From Octopus sinensis (lineage: Eukaryota), in the NCBI RefSeq assembly GCF_006345805.1, contig NC_043001.1:80910001-80974000 (forward strand): DNA of 64,000 nucleotides, written 5' to 3'. Each line of letters opens with the position of its first letter. Within the stretch, counting starts at the first letter, position 1. Below the pieces are notes generated by a model. The model was not told where the DNA came from. It saw only the letters and a list, made by a program, of their open reading frames with translations, and made no database searches. The translations under genes and the position numbers were made by a program. Positions 23,512 to 36,597 of the stretch are shown here, in pieces.

Positions 23512-25929
23512 CATGTATGTATGACAGGCTTCCTCACATTTTCCATTTTGCTAAATTCACTCACAAGGAATTAGTGAGCACTGTGTTATGATACAAGACA
23601 CTTGCTGAAGGTGCTGCACAGTAGGACTGTACTCAAGACCACATGGCTACAAACAAAGTGAATTTGTAAAATACTAGTCTTTATGCTGGTGGGTTAGGTT
23701 TCTGGTGCTTTCTGGATGGATTCCTCTGAAGAATGCGGAAGTTTGTTCTTCATCTATATGACTAAGGACCAAGCAAACTTAATTCCTCAAAGAGGTACCT
23801 TTCCCAAAATTATCAGAAGTCCTTCCCAATGACATATAATCTTAAGCAGCTTACATTTATCTATGAATACATAAGAACAGTTAGCTATATCTCTGGATAA
23901 ACATGTGTCTATTAGCCAGACAAACAGATAGCAAGGTGGTGAGTTGGAAGAATCGTAAACATGTCAGATAAAATGCTTGGTGGCATTTCTTCTTGTTCTT
24001 TACATTCTGAGTTCAAATCCCAATTAGGTATACTTTTCCTTTTGTTGCCACAGGGCTGATAAAATGAAATACCAGTGAAGTACTAGAATAGACGTAATTG
24101 ACTTGCCCTTCCTATTCTCAAAAATTGATGGTCTTGAAACCTGCAATGGGCTGGCTTCTTGTTCAGGAGGAATGGCATGGGCTTGGTCACTCATGTGTCA
24201 TGGAAACTAGATAAATGAACTTGAGAGTCCTACGGCTCCAGAAAAATAAATTAAAAAGAAAAGAAGGCAGATAGCAGTCTCTTACTTTTGTCATTCCGGT
24301 TCTCTTGATAGTTAGTTAATATTTTGCAAAAAGAGAATTATATTCGTTAGTTTAAGCTCAGTTAAAGGATAAAATTTTTTTTAATTAAAAAAGCATTACA
24401 AAATTCTTCTTGGTTAAAAATTTAATGCAAGAATTATGTTCATGGAAAAACATAACAACCCTTGTCTTTCATGTTTGGTGTGGCAACAATATTTATTGTA
24501 CTATCCCATGCTAAGCACTTATTATACTGGCAGTATTGTGTAATATTTCAGTAGGTTTTTACAGTAGCATATTATGTAATGATATAACAATGGTATTGTG
24601 TGTTATATTTGATGGTGAGAACACGTTATACTAAACTACTATGTACTATACTGAACTACTATGTATTGTCTGTTGTTCGTTGTGATAAATTTGGGGGATA
24701 GTAGCATATTTTATAATGCTGTGTCTGAATAATTACCCAACAAAGAAGACAATTGTTTAAGCTTCTTTAACCATTGTTAAAAATATAAGCCAGACTGACA
24801 CATCTTCTAGTGTTGGGTGGATCTTGGAAATATCTTTATTAAAAAGAAAAAAAAATGGATGGTGAAGGGGTGGGGGTAAGAACTGGAAAAAAACACAAAA
24901 AACATGCAAGAATACTAATTGGGTATGTTATAATGCATCACTACCCTACCCTATTCAATCCAACCAGGACCTTCACTCTCATCAACTACTACAACCACTT
25001 CTGTTTGTGTTGTAATACTAGATTTCTCTCTTTCTTTTTTTTTTTTTGTTTCATTCAGCTACATTTTCTTTGTTGAAGTAGCTGTGGAGAAAGAGGCAGG
25101 GAGGAGAGGCAGCCTGTATTAATTTCATAAAGCTCCCCACCCCCATACACTCATACAACCACTGCCTTCCCTTCTGATTTGTGTTTTCCCCTTCCTGTTC
25201 CTCTACCCCACCACCACAATTTTAATTTCCTTCAACAAATATTCCCCTCATCTACCCCCATAAACATGTAATCTTCCTATCTACTCTGTAGTGTTGTCAT
25301 TGTGTGTACATGTATACAAACACAAATAACACATGTGTATGCATCTATACACACACACACACCACACACACACAAGCATAATGTGCCTGTGTATGCACCA
25401 CCATTTGTATATATACACACACACACTTGCATGTATATATATGTATGTGCATACACCAACGTTTATGCAGGTATACACACAAATACATATACATACACAA
25501 ATATCACTTGTAAATGCATACACCAGTGTGTGTGTATGTGTGCAAAAAGGCACATGTTATATGCACGTGTGTGCACACACACACACACACTTAGCAGTAC
25601 ACCCAAGCATATTATCAGGTTATCCCTACTTCTACCCTATTTACCTGTCATTTCCTCAGTTACCATATCATGCTAAAATCCCTATACTCCTGGTCTTTTC
25701 ACATCATCCTTTGTAACCTACCCCCACCAACTCATGCTGCTACACCTTATCTCTTACCTCCCTTGTCTTTCATATTACCTTTAACTAGCAATCATACTGC
25801 TCTCAGATCTCTTTCTCTTGCACTCTTTTCTTTTTCTAACTCTTCCTTCCTCTCCTTTCTTTTCTCTCTTTGAGTCAGAATCATGGAGTCAGACTCTGAA
25901 CCAATTATTATTGAGTTACTATAGGGGTT

Positions 25930-26405
25930 ACTTTAGGGGTTAAGATGTTGAGTTCATGATCATATAATTGTGGTTTTGATTCCTGGATCTGGTTGTGTGC
26001 TGTGTTCTTGAGCAAAACACTTCATTTTAAATTATTCCAGTCCACCCAGCTGTTAATGAGTATCCTAGTGACAGACAAATTTGAGATCCCTGCGGCAAGT
26101 TCTGTGTTTTGTTAAGTAAAACACTTCATTTCACATTTCTCTGTTCCACTCAACTGGCAAAGGTGAGTAAACCTGCAACGGACAATCACAAAATCATGGT
26201 TTCCATTGCCAGACAGGTGAGGCATTTTGTTCTTGGACAAAACACTTCATTTTCACATTATTCCAGTTCACTCAGTTGTAAATGGGTAACTCTGCAATGG
26301 ACTGACATTCCATTCAGGGGTAATGTAATTTTGGTCACTTATATGCCGTGGAGACTGAGCAACCAGCCCTATGAACCCTAAGACTCAAAATACAGTACTT
26401 ACTTA
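25930..26405 (+). mobile_element. SINE with triplicated CORE-like domain
   Basis: GTTCTTGAGCAAAACACTTCATTT-like block at ~26005, ~26105 and ~26228, with one head and one tail. Confidence 0.6.
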
Positions 26406-26589
26406 AAAGAGTTACAGTCAGTAAAGTTGTTCCAATTCTGGCTTTGACAAAATGTGAAATTAATTATGAAACATTAAAATTTCCAATTCCACAGATTGTT
26501 TTTGGCACTAAAAATTATTCAGTCAGATTTATCCCTTTTGACACCACCCCACTCAAGTTTCTTACTGGGTCTCTGATATAAAATATTTG

Positions 26590-26755
26590 ACTTAAAGTGA
26601 TCTGCATTAAAACCTGTCATCTAAATTTCATGTTAATTTATATTCCAAACACCAACTTAATGACAAAGTTATTTTACTAAATTCTCCATTATTTTCAAAA
26701 TTAATTGAATTGAAATCAGTGTATCTTGACAGCAATATGGTAACAAAAGGATTAA
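26590..26755 (-). mobile_element. TTAA MITE (family of 11580-11938), partial
   Basis: Reverse complement of TTAA.CCTTTTGTTACCATATT...TTTAGTAAAATAACTT...GGAATATAAATTAACATGAAATT. Confidence 0.7.
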
Positions 26756-29482
26756 GGGCTTCTATAATGAAGAATTTTGTTGAAGTATTTCTGTTTCTAA
26801 GTAAGAAACATTAATGAATTTGGGGTTTTGAGAGGTTTTTTACTGGAAACCCCTCTGCCACTATTCAGTAGGTACAGTATTTCTTTAATAATGAGAACAC
26901 AGTATAATTTGTGAGAGATTTGACTTTCATTTCTAGCAGTTCAAGAGATCTTATGCCACTATCTTGTTTTTGACCAGCTTCAAATTGGTTCTGATCTTAT
27001 AAACTTACCGTCTTTGGTGGTTATTTTTAGCAGATAAAATGATCTTGTAGAGGCTGCCTTGTTTTCAATTAACTTTGGGTTGATTCTGATCTTGCAGTTC
27101 TAAGATCTTGAACTTTTGTTAGCAAATCAAGTGATCTTCTAGAGCAGGCTTGGGCAACCTTTATCAAGAAGGTGGTTGCATGAGGCATGGCTTGTCATCA
27201 GGTATGCCACACTACTGAAAAAATACCTGAAAGTAATTCTTCGTAAGGCATACCATTTAAAAAGTCCCTTGGGTTGCATGAGGTCTATGGGCTGCAGAAT
27301 GTTTCTGACTGTTATTGAGGCTGACTAATTATAAACCTCTATCTAATTGGTTCTGATCCAACAGATCTATAATGAAAGCTATTCAAGGTACTAACTATGC
27401 CATAGTTTATTCAGACTTAGTGTGCTTAGGACTACATTATTCAAAGTCTTCTTCCAATTTTAAGACATTATCATGTGCTATGTAGATTTAGCTGCTATAT
27501 TTGGCAAATTAAGTAACCACACAGAAACTCCATTGTTATTGTTTCTGCTACTGCTGCTGCAATTGGTGAAGGAGAGAGAACCAACCTAATGCCATATCCA
27601 GTAATGTCATCATCATCATCATTTAACATTCACTTTGCCATTCTTGCATGGGTTAGATGGAATTTGTTGAGGTAGATTTTCTGTGGCTTGATGCCTTTCC
27701 TGTCACCAACTCTCACCTGTTTCCTAGCAAAGTAATATTTCTCCATAGCCAGACACTTTTTGCACAGAAGACTAAAAACAAACAACCTCACTTGTATGAT
27801 GATGATGCTCATTTACAACCATCATATATCTAGACAAAGGTACACACAAAGGGCTTCTTTCAGTTTCCATCAACCGAATCCATTCACAAGGCTTTGTTTG
27901 GCCTGAAGCTGCAATAGAAAACACTTGCCCAAGATACCATGCAGTGGGACTGAACCCAATAACGCATTACTGGGAAGCAAGCTTCCTCATCACATAGCCT
28001 GCTAGCCAATTAATTCCATATTGACATCATATTCATAATTTAATTAAATAAAAAAATAAGAAGAAACAAACAAACAAAATAATTTACAAAAAGGAAAAAT
28101 TTAAATCAAATACAAAAGACATTTATCTTCAAAACACACCATTAGCACTTTGGTTATACTGGATCTTTGGATAGGCCTGTGCTTTGTTCCTCAAAGAAAG
28201 TCTGTTACAATCCTTCATTCATTTAGGCCTAATAGATTCTTTAAAATGTTTTGGGTTTTCTTAATGTCAGGATATAAAGACATTGCAAGCAAAAGGCAGC
28301 AACTGATTCAAAGCATATAGAAAAATTAAAAGAAAAATAAATAATTAAATAGTAAATTTCTTAACGTATTGTTCGTTTGAGGGAGGAAATTAAAGAAATA
28401 TTTATTTATTTATTTTTGCTTTTGTTTTTTATTAACCATAATTTATCCAGTTAAAGTATGATCTAGCTAATTTACTAAACAGAGAGAAACAGTTTTTTCA
28501 CTGGGGTCTGTCCTCAAGAAGAAAAGCAGTCTGTGTTTTAATAATAGTGATTTTAATGGCAACAACAGCAGTAGAAGTAATAACAACAACAATAATAATA
28601 ATACCTTCAATAACCACAGCAGTAATAACACCAGTGGTAGTAGTAATAACAACAGTAAATAACAATACCACCACCAACAGTAGCAATAGTAACACCAACT
28701 AATGCAGCAATAACCATAACTATAATAATCACCACCACCACCACCAACAGCAGTAATAACCAGTACTATCACCAACCACAGTAATAACACCACCACCAAC
28801 AACCACAATGATGGTAATAACATCAATAATAGTAACAACAACTCTTAACAGCTGCAATTACGGCAACTATTTCGGTATCTTCAAAGAATGATGATCTAAA
28901 AATAAATAAAGTAAATGGATAAAAACACAACTAAAAGTCATGATTGAAATGAAATTTTTTTTTCCTTTGTAATGATTAAATAAAAAAAGAAATGATGAGA
29001 ATGAAGAAATTATGTAATAACGAGAGCATTTGTAATTTTAGTTTGCCTGCATCGTGATGTCTGTTGGCTTTTTTTAGGAAATTATTTTATTTGGTTTTGC
29101 TTTGGTGCTGGTGGTTCTGGTGGTGGCAATGGTATAGTGATGGTAAAGGTGAAGGCTCATAATATCTGCAGACTTTTGCAGTATGATGACATTCCACCGT
29201 TTCCTTAATAATAACGATAATAGTAATAAACTAAAACAATATAATATTAAATTTACTAGTAATATTAGTAATAGTAATAATAGGAAACTTGAATTCTTTT
29301 TCTTTCCTTGCTAGCAATAGCTTGGATATAAAGAATAGCAGACAAAATTAATTTTAAAATGTGATCAGGGATTTGAAGATTACCTAATTTGTAATTTGTT
29401 CCCAAAGGCACCAATGTCTCGTCTTGTCTTGTCTTGTCTCGTCTTCCAACATGAAAAAACAACAACAACTTAAGCAACTGAA

Positions 29483-29513
<31 letters not shown>

Positions 29514-30506
29514 CATTGACAATAATGGTGGTGATGATGATGATGATGATGTATAAAAGGAAAAAAAGGAGAAGGGAGAATAAATTGTCTTTTAACTTTC
29601 GGGAAATTTTTCATGCATGAATTTTTAGAACAAACTCTGGATGAAAAATAAAAATTCAGAGCTTTGATTTTCCTTGTTTCACTTTTGGTGATTTCTTTGT
29701 TGTTGTGTGTATTTTATTTTATTTTATTTTTGTATTCATTTATTTATTTTGTTGCAGTAGAGGTCTCTTGTGATTGCTAGTCTTGTTAGGGCTGCTTTCA
29801 TTTATGGCGGTAGTAATGATGGGATCTTTGATGTGATTTTGAAATTACTTTTTGCATTTGTTCCTAGAATATTATCATTATGTTCTGGGCTCATCATCAT
29901 CATTGTTAGGAGACGATGATGATGAGCTAGCCTAAAAAAAAAAAAAATTGGGCATTTAAAATATTCAATCATAAATTTTGTTCCTCAAAGTAACTTTTTT
30001 GACTTAAGAAATTTAAATCTAATTGAAAATTTAATGATTATAGATTGTATTTATTTATTTATATATAAGTTATTTTCTAAACCCAAGCAAATTAATTCAA
30101 TACTGTCAGAATAAAAACAAATGATGGTTCGTTCACACTAGACAAAACGATCAGTTTATAAAATGAATAGAATGGCTTGTACAAATTTACTTGTCTTTCA
30201 AAAATAATTTATCATCAATGTTTTCAACTTTCAACTAATGTCTACTTTTCTATACTTGTGCGATTCTCACAGAATTCACTGATACAGATTTTCTATGATC
30301 AGATACTTTTCATGTTGTGATGGATGCACCTCAAGGTGCATCCATCCTAACATTTCTATTTCCACTATTTTCATCCTTTTCCATCTATACTTCAATCTCT
30401 CCAACTTGCTCTTCTATATTACAAGTAGGTATGTAGTTCCTCTACAGCTAGAAATCTGGTTTGCTCTGGCGCCTTCTCTCAGATATTAATCTTCTCCCAG
30501 CATTAA

Positions 30507-30720
30507 GCATGTAGCATTCAAATTACTTTTTCAAATAGTAAAACTTATTTATTCACATCATTTTGAATTAATCACGCATTGTCTCATAACTTTGAGATTG
30601 TAGTTATATACTTTTAGAAGGATATTGTAGGGTAGATGTGACAGGCTGGATCTAGCCAGTTCAAACATAAAACAAGGTAGAGTATTTGGACCAAATATGG
30701 CTGGTTTAAATGCTAAAGAG
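30507..30720 (-). mobile_element. TTAA MITE, family of 6984-7197
   Basis: Reverse-complement similarity to 6984-7197; TTAA on both sides. Confidence 0.65.
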
Positions 30721-32173
30721 TTAAACCACCTCTTGCTTTACTATATAGCCCCACATCTTTTTAACAGGCAGTCTCACTAGTGCTGGTACCTCAGAAAAAA
30801 ATCACCAGTACATGCTGTGAAGTGGTTGGCATTAGGGAAGGGCATCCATCTGCAGAAACCATGCCAAAACATGTATGGAGGCATGATACAGTCCTTGATC
30901 CTGTCAGATCCTGTCAAACCATGTAAGTGATCTCAGATTCAGTTCTGCTGCTCGGCCCCTTAGGCAAGTATTTCCTACTAATATTGCCTCGAGTCAACCA
31001 AAATTTTCTGAATGGATTTTGTAACCAGAAACTGAACAGAAGCCTGTTGTGATGTATGTGTGTTTATGCATGTACCATTGCTTTGACATCATATATGATA
31101 GCTGAAAACGACAATCGCTGTCATACATGTAATGTCATTTGTTTCCAGTCTTCTGTGAAAAACATGTCTGGCTATGGGGAAATATTACCTTGTTTGGAAA
31201 CAGGTGAAGGTTGGTGACAGGAAAGGCATCCAGTGGTAGAAAATCTGTCTCAACAAATTCCATCTGACCCATACAAGTATGGAAAAGTGAATATTTAAAT
31301 GATGATGATTGTGTGTGTGAGTGTGCGTGTGTGTGAGAGAGAGATTTAAAGCAAAACTGGGGAAAGAAAGGAATAGGACAAGGGGAAGTACAGTGTATGT
31401 AAAGCTAGAACTAAAGAGTACCATTCAGTCATGCACATGCATTTGTGTGTGTAACCCAATATGGAAGGGGTTTATTTTGAAATTTTAGCATAAATTAATG
31501 CAGTGAACAAGACCAGAAAGTGAACTGGAACTGTAAATTCTCTCTTAGACTTATAAACTGCAGTAAAGCAGGCATAAAGTATTATTAACAAATACACTTT
31601 AGACATAATTATTCTCAAAATTAAGGAAGTATTACTTGTTAAGTTTTATAGAATAATACCCAAGTAGTAGTTAATTTGTTCAAGTCTTCCTCTAAATAAT
31701 CTAGTTCTAAATTTATACATTTTCCTGCTACTTAACACTATAGATATTGCTAAACTAGTTACCAACATTTGTGATTCAGAAATAAACATGTTACTACAAG
31801 TATATAAAGCTATAGGAAATTGCAACAATTCTTTATGGATTAAAAAAGCATTTAGGCACACTCTATGATCTAAGCATGGGAGCTTACAGTTCAGTCAAAA
31901 TTAGTGAACTTCTTAGGTTATTGCTACTATCTAAAGAAACAAAAAAAATTACTTTGGGGATGGCTTTCATTAATATGAAGGTCATTTGTGCCTTATAGTA
32001 ACCTCTCACTCATCTTATCTTACTGATAAACTTTAGGAAAAAATTTACGTCTCCTTCCAAAAGGTTTGATTAAAATAGAGAATATTGACTAACACTCTCC
32101 CCTCAAAATTGTTCACCATGAGCCTAAATCAGAAACAATAATAATGATAATAGTAATAATAATAATAATATAA

Positions 32174-32478
32174 TTGAAGTATGAAATATGCAGGTTGTGG
32201 GAAATTAAGAGAGTGGATGTGATATAAGTAATGACTGGCACACTTGGAATATCAACACTGAACTACCAATGTGGCTCAACACTGAACTACCAATGTGGAT
32301 TGGAACAAATGTAAAAGATAGAAGACCTACAAAAATCAGCATTGCTTGGAACTACAAGAGTTCTCTGCAGGGTTCTTGAAGCATGATCAGTAAACAAGTA
32401 TCATCTTAGTCAGCTTGCTGTGGGCAGTTGACAATTTCCATCATTCACAGCAAAATAAGCTGAGAGTTTCCATCAAAT
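32174..32478 (+). mobile_element. 3' fragment of an RLE-type (R4/Dong-like) non-LTR retrotransposon within (TAA)n
   Basis: LKYEICRLWEIKRVDVI*VMTGTLG ... LQKSALLGTTRVLCRVLEA* matches the C-terminal restriction-like endonuclease motif. TAA repeats on both sides. Internal ~23-bp duplication (TCAACACTGAACTACCAATGTGG x2). Confidence 0.75.
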
Positions 32479-32490
32479 GATAATAATAAT

Positions 32491-32895
32491 CCTTTCTGCT
32501 ATAGGTTCAAGGCCTGGAATTTAGCTGGAGGGGTTTAGTTGATTACGTCAACCCCAGTGCTCAACTGGTGCTTATTTCATCTCCCTGAAAGGTTGAAAGG
32601 CAAAGTTGACCTTGGCAGAATTTGAACTCAGAATGTGAGGATGGATGAAATACTGCTAACCATTTTGCCCAGCATGCTAACAATTCTACTAGCCTGGACA
32701 AAATCGTTAGTATGCTTGACAAAATGCAGCATTTCATCTGTCTTTACATTTGCAGTTCAAATTCTGCTGTGGTTGACTTTGCCTTTCATCCTTTCGGGGT
32801 TGTTGAAAAAAAGATACCAGTTGAATACTATAATCACTGTAATTGACTAGCCTCCTTCTCCCAAAATTTCAAGCCTTGTGCCTATAGTATAAATA
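32491..32895. mobile_element. Abutting inverted pair of the same SINE family
   Basis: Minus copy 32491-32694 directly followed by plus copy ~32695-32895. Confidence 0.8.
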
Positions 32896-33977
32896 ATTAT
32901 TATTAATAGTTGACTAGTTAACTAATTAACCAATTAGATTCCTTTCATTGCCATTTTGACCTCGTCAATAATATGCCCTCAAGCAGTCATGAATGCCAAT
33001 AAAAGGATTCTGACAAACGAGCCAATTGATTGATTAACCACTACTATCACCACTGTCAATGCTGCTCCCACCTACTACAACAACTACTACTATTATAGGG
33101 AGGTCAAAAGTACCGGAACAGTCCTGCAGATTTTAAACTGTAAATATATAAATAAATAAACATGAGTTTATTTTTACCTTTGTGTGTATCTCATTTCTCT
33201 TTCTGGGCCAACCACATCTAAACACACACACACACACACAGAGAATTGTGTTGAAACTGATCACTGCCCTCCATCCCCACTCTTGCACCTATTTCCCTCA
33301 TATTCCCACATTAATTATTAAACTCAATGTTTGTTGCTTTGTTGGTTATTGTAGGTTGTTGTTTTTTTGCCACTGACACCATCACCACCACCACCACCAC
33401 CATCACAACCACAACTGTTACCACTACTGTGACTACTACTATCTCCACCACCACACCTACCACTTCCACCTTCACCATCACAGCTACCATTGTCATCTTT
33501 CTCCACCACATTCTACCATCTCTACCACTTCCACAACCACCACCATCCCCACCACCATTATCATTACATATTCATTACTTAAGTACACATTTATGTTGTT
33601 TCTACTTTCAGTCAGTGACTTTCTTCAACAACAATTACCCACCAGTCAGTTTACCCCTAAATATTTATCTATGCCCTTGCTTGAAAGGTCTTCTAACCAC
33701 ACCTATCTACTTACCTACCCATATTCTACCCCTATTTATATCTCCAGTATTTTCTGCCCTTACAAATGCTACCCTTGCTCTTTTAATTCTTCTCCATCTT
33801 GTCTCCTACTATTTCCTTCTTTTCTTTCTTTTGTTATTCTTGTTTTTATGCCCCCCCCCCATATTTTGTGTTTGGGGGTTGCGGGGGGGGGGGGGGGTTG
33901 CTTTCTTTGTTAGTTTTCCTCTACCTCCCAGCATCACCTCCCTAACTATTCTTGCCCTTTAATAGTCTTCCTTTCTC

Positions 33978-34026
<49 letters not shown>

Positions 34027-35613
34027 GTGTGTGTGTGTGTGTGTGTGTGGTGTGTGTGTGTGTGTGTGTGTATGTATGTGTATATGTATATATTTGTGTG
34101 TGGGGGGATGTATGGGCATATGTGTATATATGTATGTATGTATATGTATTGCATTCCTCTTTATTTATCTATCTTCCTACCTCCCTCCAATACTTTTATA
34201 TTTGTGTTTACGTGTGTACATATCTACGCCCTTGTTGCCTACAATAAGAAAACAAACTGCAAAATACCAACAACAGACCTGCAACAAAAAAAGAAGAAAA
34301 GAAAAAAAATGACTAAAAATAAAAACTCCAGTCTTACCCACTAATCCCCATTCTACCCCACCTCCTTTCCTAAACTTTTCATTCCTAATTGTGTCTCTGA
34401 AAGAAGAAAAAGAAAACCAAGCAACAAGAGCAAGTGGCTCGTTCACCACCATACTCACCCTTGCCATTTACTTACTTTCTCTCTCCCCCTCTCTCTCTCC
34501 CTCTCTATCTCTCACTCAATCTCTCTTTCATTCTCAAGAGTAAAGTTTTTTGACATTTCTACATAAAACCTGGGGCAGGGATGGAGAGCAGGGACTTAAT
34601 TCTAACCTCTTCAGTACTTACCATTCAATTTCCTCTCTCAGATAATCTTGATTATTTTCTCCTATGTTCTAAGATTCTTTCATTTCGTTCTCTTCCTTCT
34701 TTTGTTCATTTTTTTCTACTTATTCTTTAGTTTGGCTGTATTTTTTATATTTGCTTTGAACTTTATATCATTTTTTTTTTTATTAAATTTTTTACTTTCC
34801 ATGTCTTGCATGTGTGTGTGTGTGTGTGTGTGTGTGTATTTGTGCATGCTTTGGTTACCAATGGCTATGCAGAAGACCAACCAGCTTCCTGCTTTGATGA
34901 TAGAAGAAGCTATTTGACATTTTCTAGCTAGATTCTGGCTAGGAATATACTCATACCAAGTGTTCACATTCACATGAGTTATGAGATAGACTGATAAAAA
35001 TGGCAGAGGTAGAGAGGTGAAGTGCATAGAATCATATTCAGAGAGAGAGAGAGAGAGAAAGACAGTGCAAAAATAGTGGGAGAGGAGAGAATGAAAGATA
35101 ATGGTAGAGAATCTACGACCATACTGGAACTCTACTTTGAAAGGTTTAGTTAAACAAATCAACTCCTGTACATATTTTTCTCTCTCTTTTTCTATTTTTT
35201 TTTGTTAAATCTGACATAGCTTATTCTGTTGGTAAGTTTTGCTGAACTAGTAAGTTAAAGGAATGTAAACAAACCAACACTGGTTGTCATGCAGTGATGG
35301 TGGTAGTGGATAAAAAGGACACTCACACACACTCATGCATACACGTGTATACATGCACACATACACACTTCAATACAGCTGCAGTGAAATGACTAAAACA
35401 AATAAAAGAATAAAGAATATTCTCACTCACACACCACACACACACACACATGATGGGCTTCTACATAGTTTCTATTGACCCAGCATGATTGCTGTTGAAT
35501 GACTAAAGCATGTAAAAGATGATGAATAAGACATCATTAAGGTTGGCTGTTTTTCTTTTTTCTTTTTTTTTCGTTGTCCATTTGATTATATCAGTACCTG
35601 GTAACTACTGGTG

Positions 35614-35787
35614 TTAATGCAATTGATCATAGACTTTCCCTGCTTCTCCTTCTCCATATTTTTGGTCGTGCCAAAGAAAAATTTCATTAATCTTAACTCC
35701 TGCTGGATCATCAAAGACATAGTCTTTTTTTGGAATTACTCGTACCATATTCTTGGCAATAATATCAGTAAATTCCCTTGCATACTT
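35614..35787 (-). other. Unidentified coding-like fragment (57 aa)
   Basis: KYAREFTDIIAKNMVRVIPKKDYVFDDPAGVKINEIFLWHDQKYGEGEAGKVYDQLH*. Strong purine/G bias at codon position 1; not simple sequence; family not recognised. Confidence 0.35.
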
Positions 35788-36597
35788 TCATTTTATGTAC
35801 ATTAGTTATTGCTTTAGAAATAGTAAAAGAGAAAATTCTGCTAGAATATGAAGACACTGCAAGAGATAGGTGTGAAACTTTTCAGCTGACCAAAGGTTTG
35901 CATTTTGTGTATTCTTATCTAAGAAAAAGGAAGAAGGGAATTATGAAAAATAGACATTTCTAGAAAGAAATTCTTTCAGATCAGAGAGGTGTATTTTTTT
36001 TTTCCATGTTCTAGACCAAAGATTTCGCTCTTAATTTCCATCTCTTGCCATTAGTCTTTACTTCATCTCTGTCTGTCTCTATCTCTCTTTTATAAAAACA
36101 TCTTAATAATTCAATCATGTGGTGCCCTCTGGATGGCCATTAATACAAAGAGAGTTAACTATCTCTTCACAATGTGAGGCTGGGTTAGAAATTCGAATTT
36201 GAAAAAGAGGAATATGAAAGGATATACAGAGTGCACATATATAAATATTAATATAAATACAGGTACAGCATTGATTTTCCACAACTTTTGGTTCCAAAGC
36301 ATTTCCCAGTTAACTGATTTTTCCAAGCCAGTGATGGTTACCTTGGCCAACACACTGTCTTTTAAACAAATACTAAATTTACTTAATGATATGAAATACA
36401 GGTACCTGTACGTTTGTATAAATAATACAGGTTCATTCATACTGTACTGTGCAAGGTACCAGTAAATTAGTCTGGAGGCCACAGGAATTGGACATTACTG
36501 TTTGTGAATTAGTGTGGATTGTAAGCGGTTCCAGACCATCACTGTTTAGAAAGTTGGAGTTGAACCTGTACATAATTAAAAAATTTTCTTTTATCAG

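Noticed and set aside
23698-23797. Possible AG...GT-bounded exon VSGAFWMDSSEECGSLFFIYMTKDQANLIPQR
   Set aside because: No polypyrimidine tract, weak donor (GTACCT), no resemblance to plexin.
27145-27300. CAGGCTTGGGCAACCT hAT-like TIR
   Set aside because: Only one end and little internal similarity visible; too weak to annotate.
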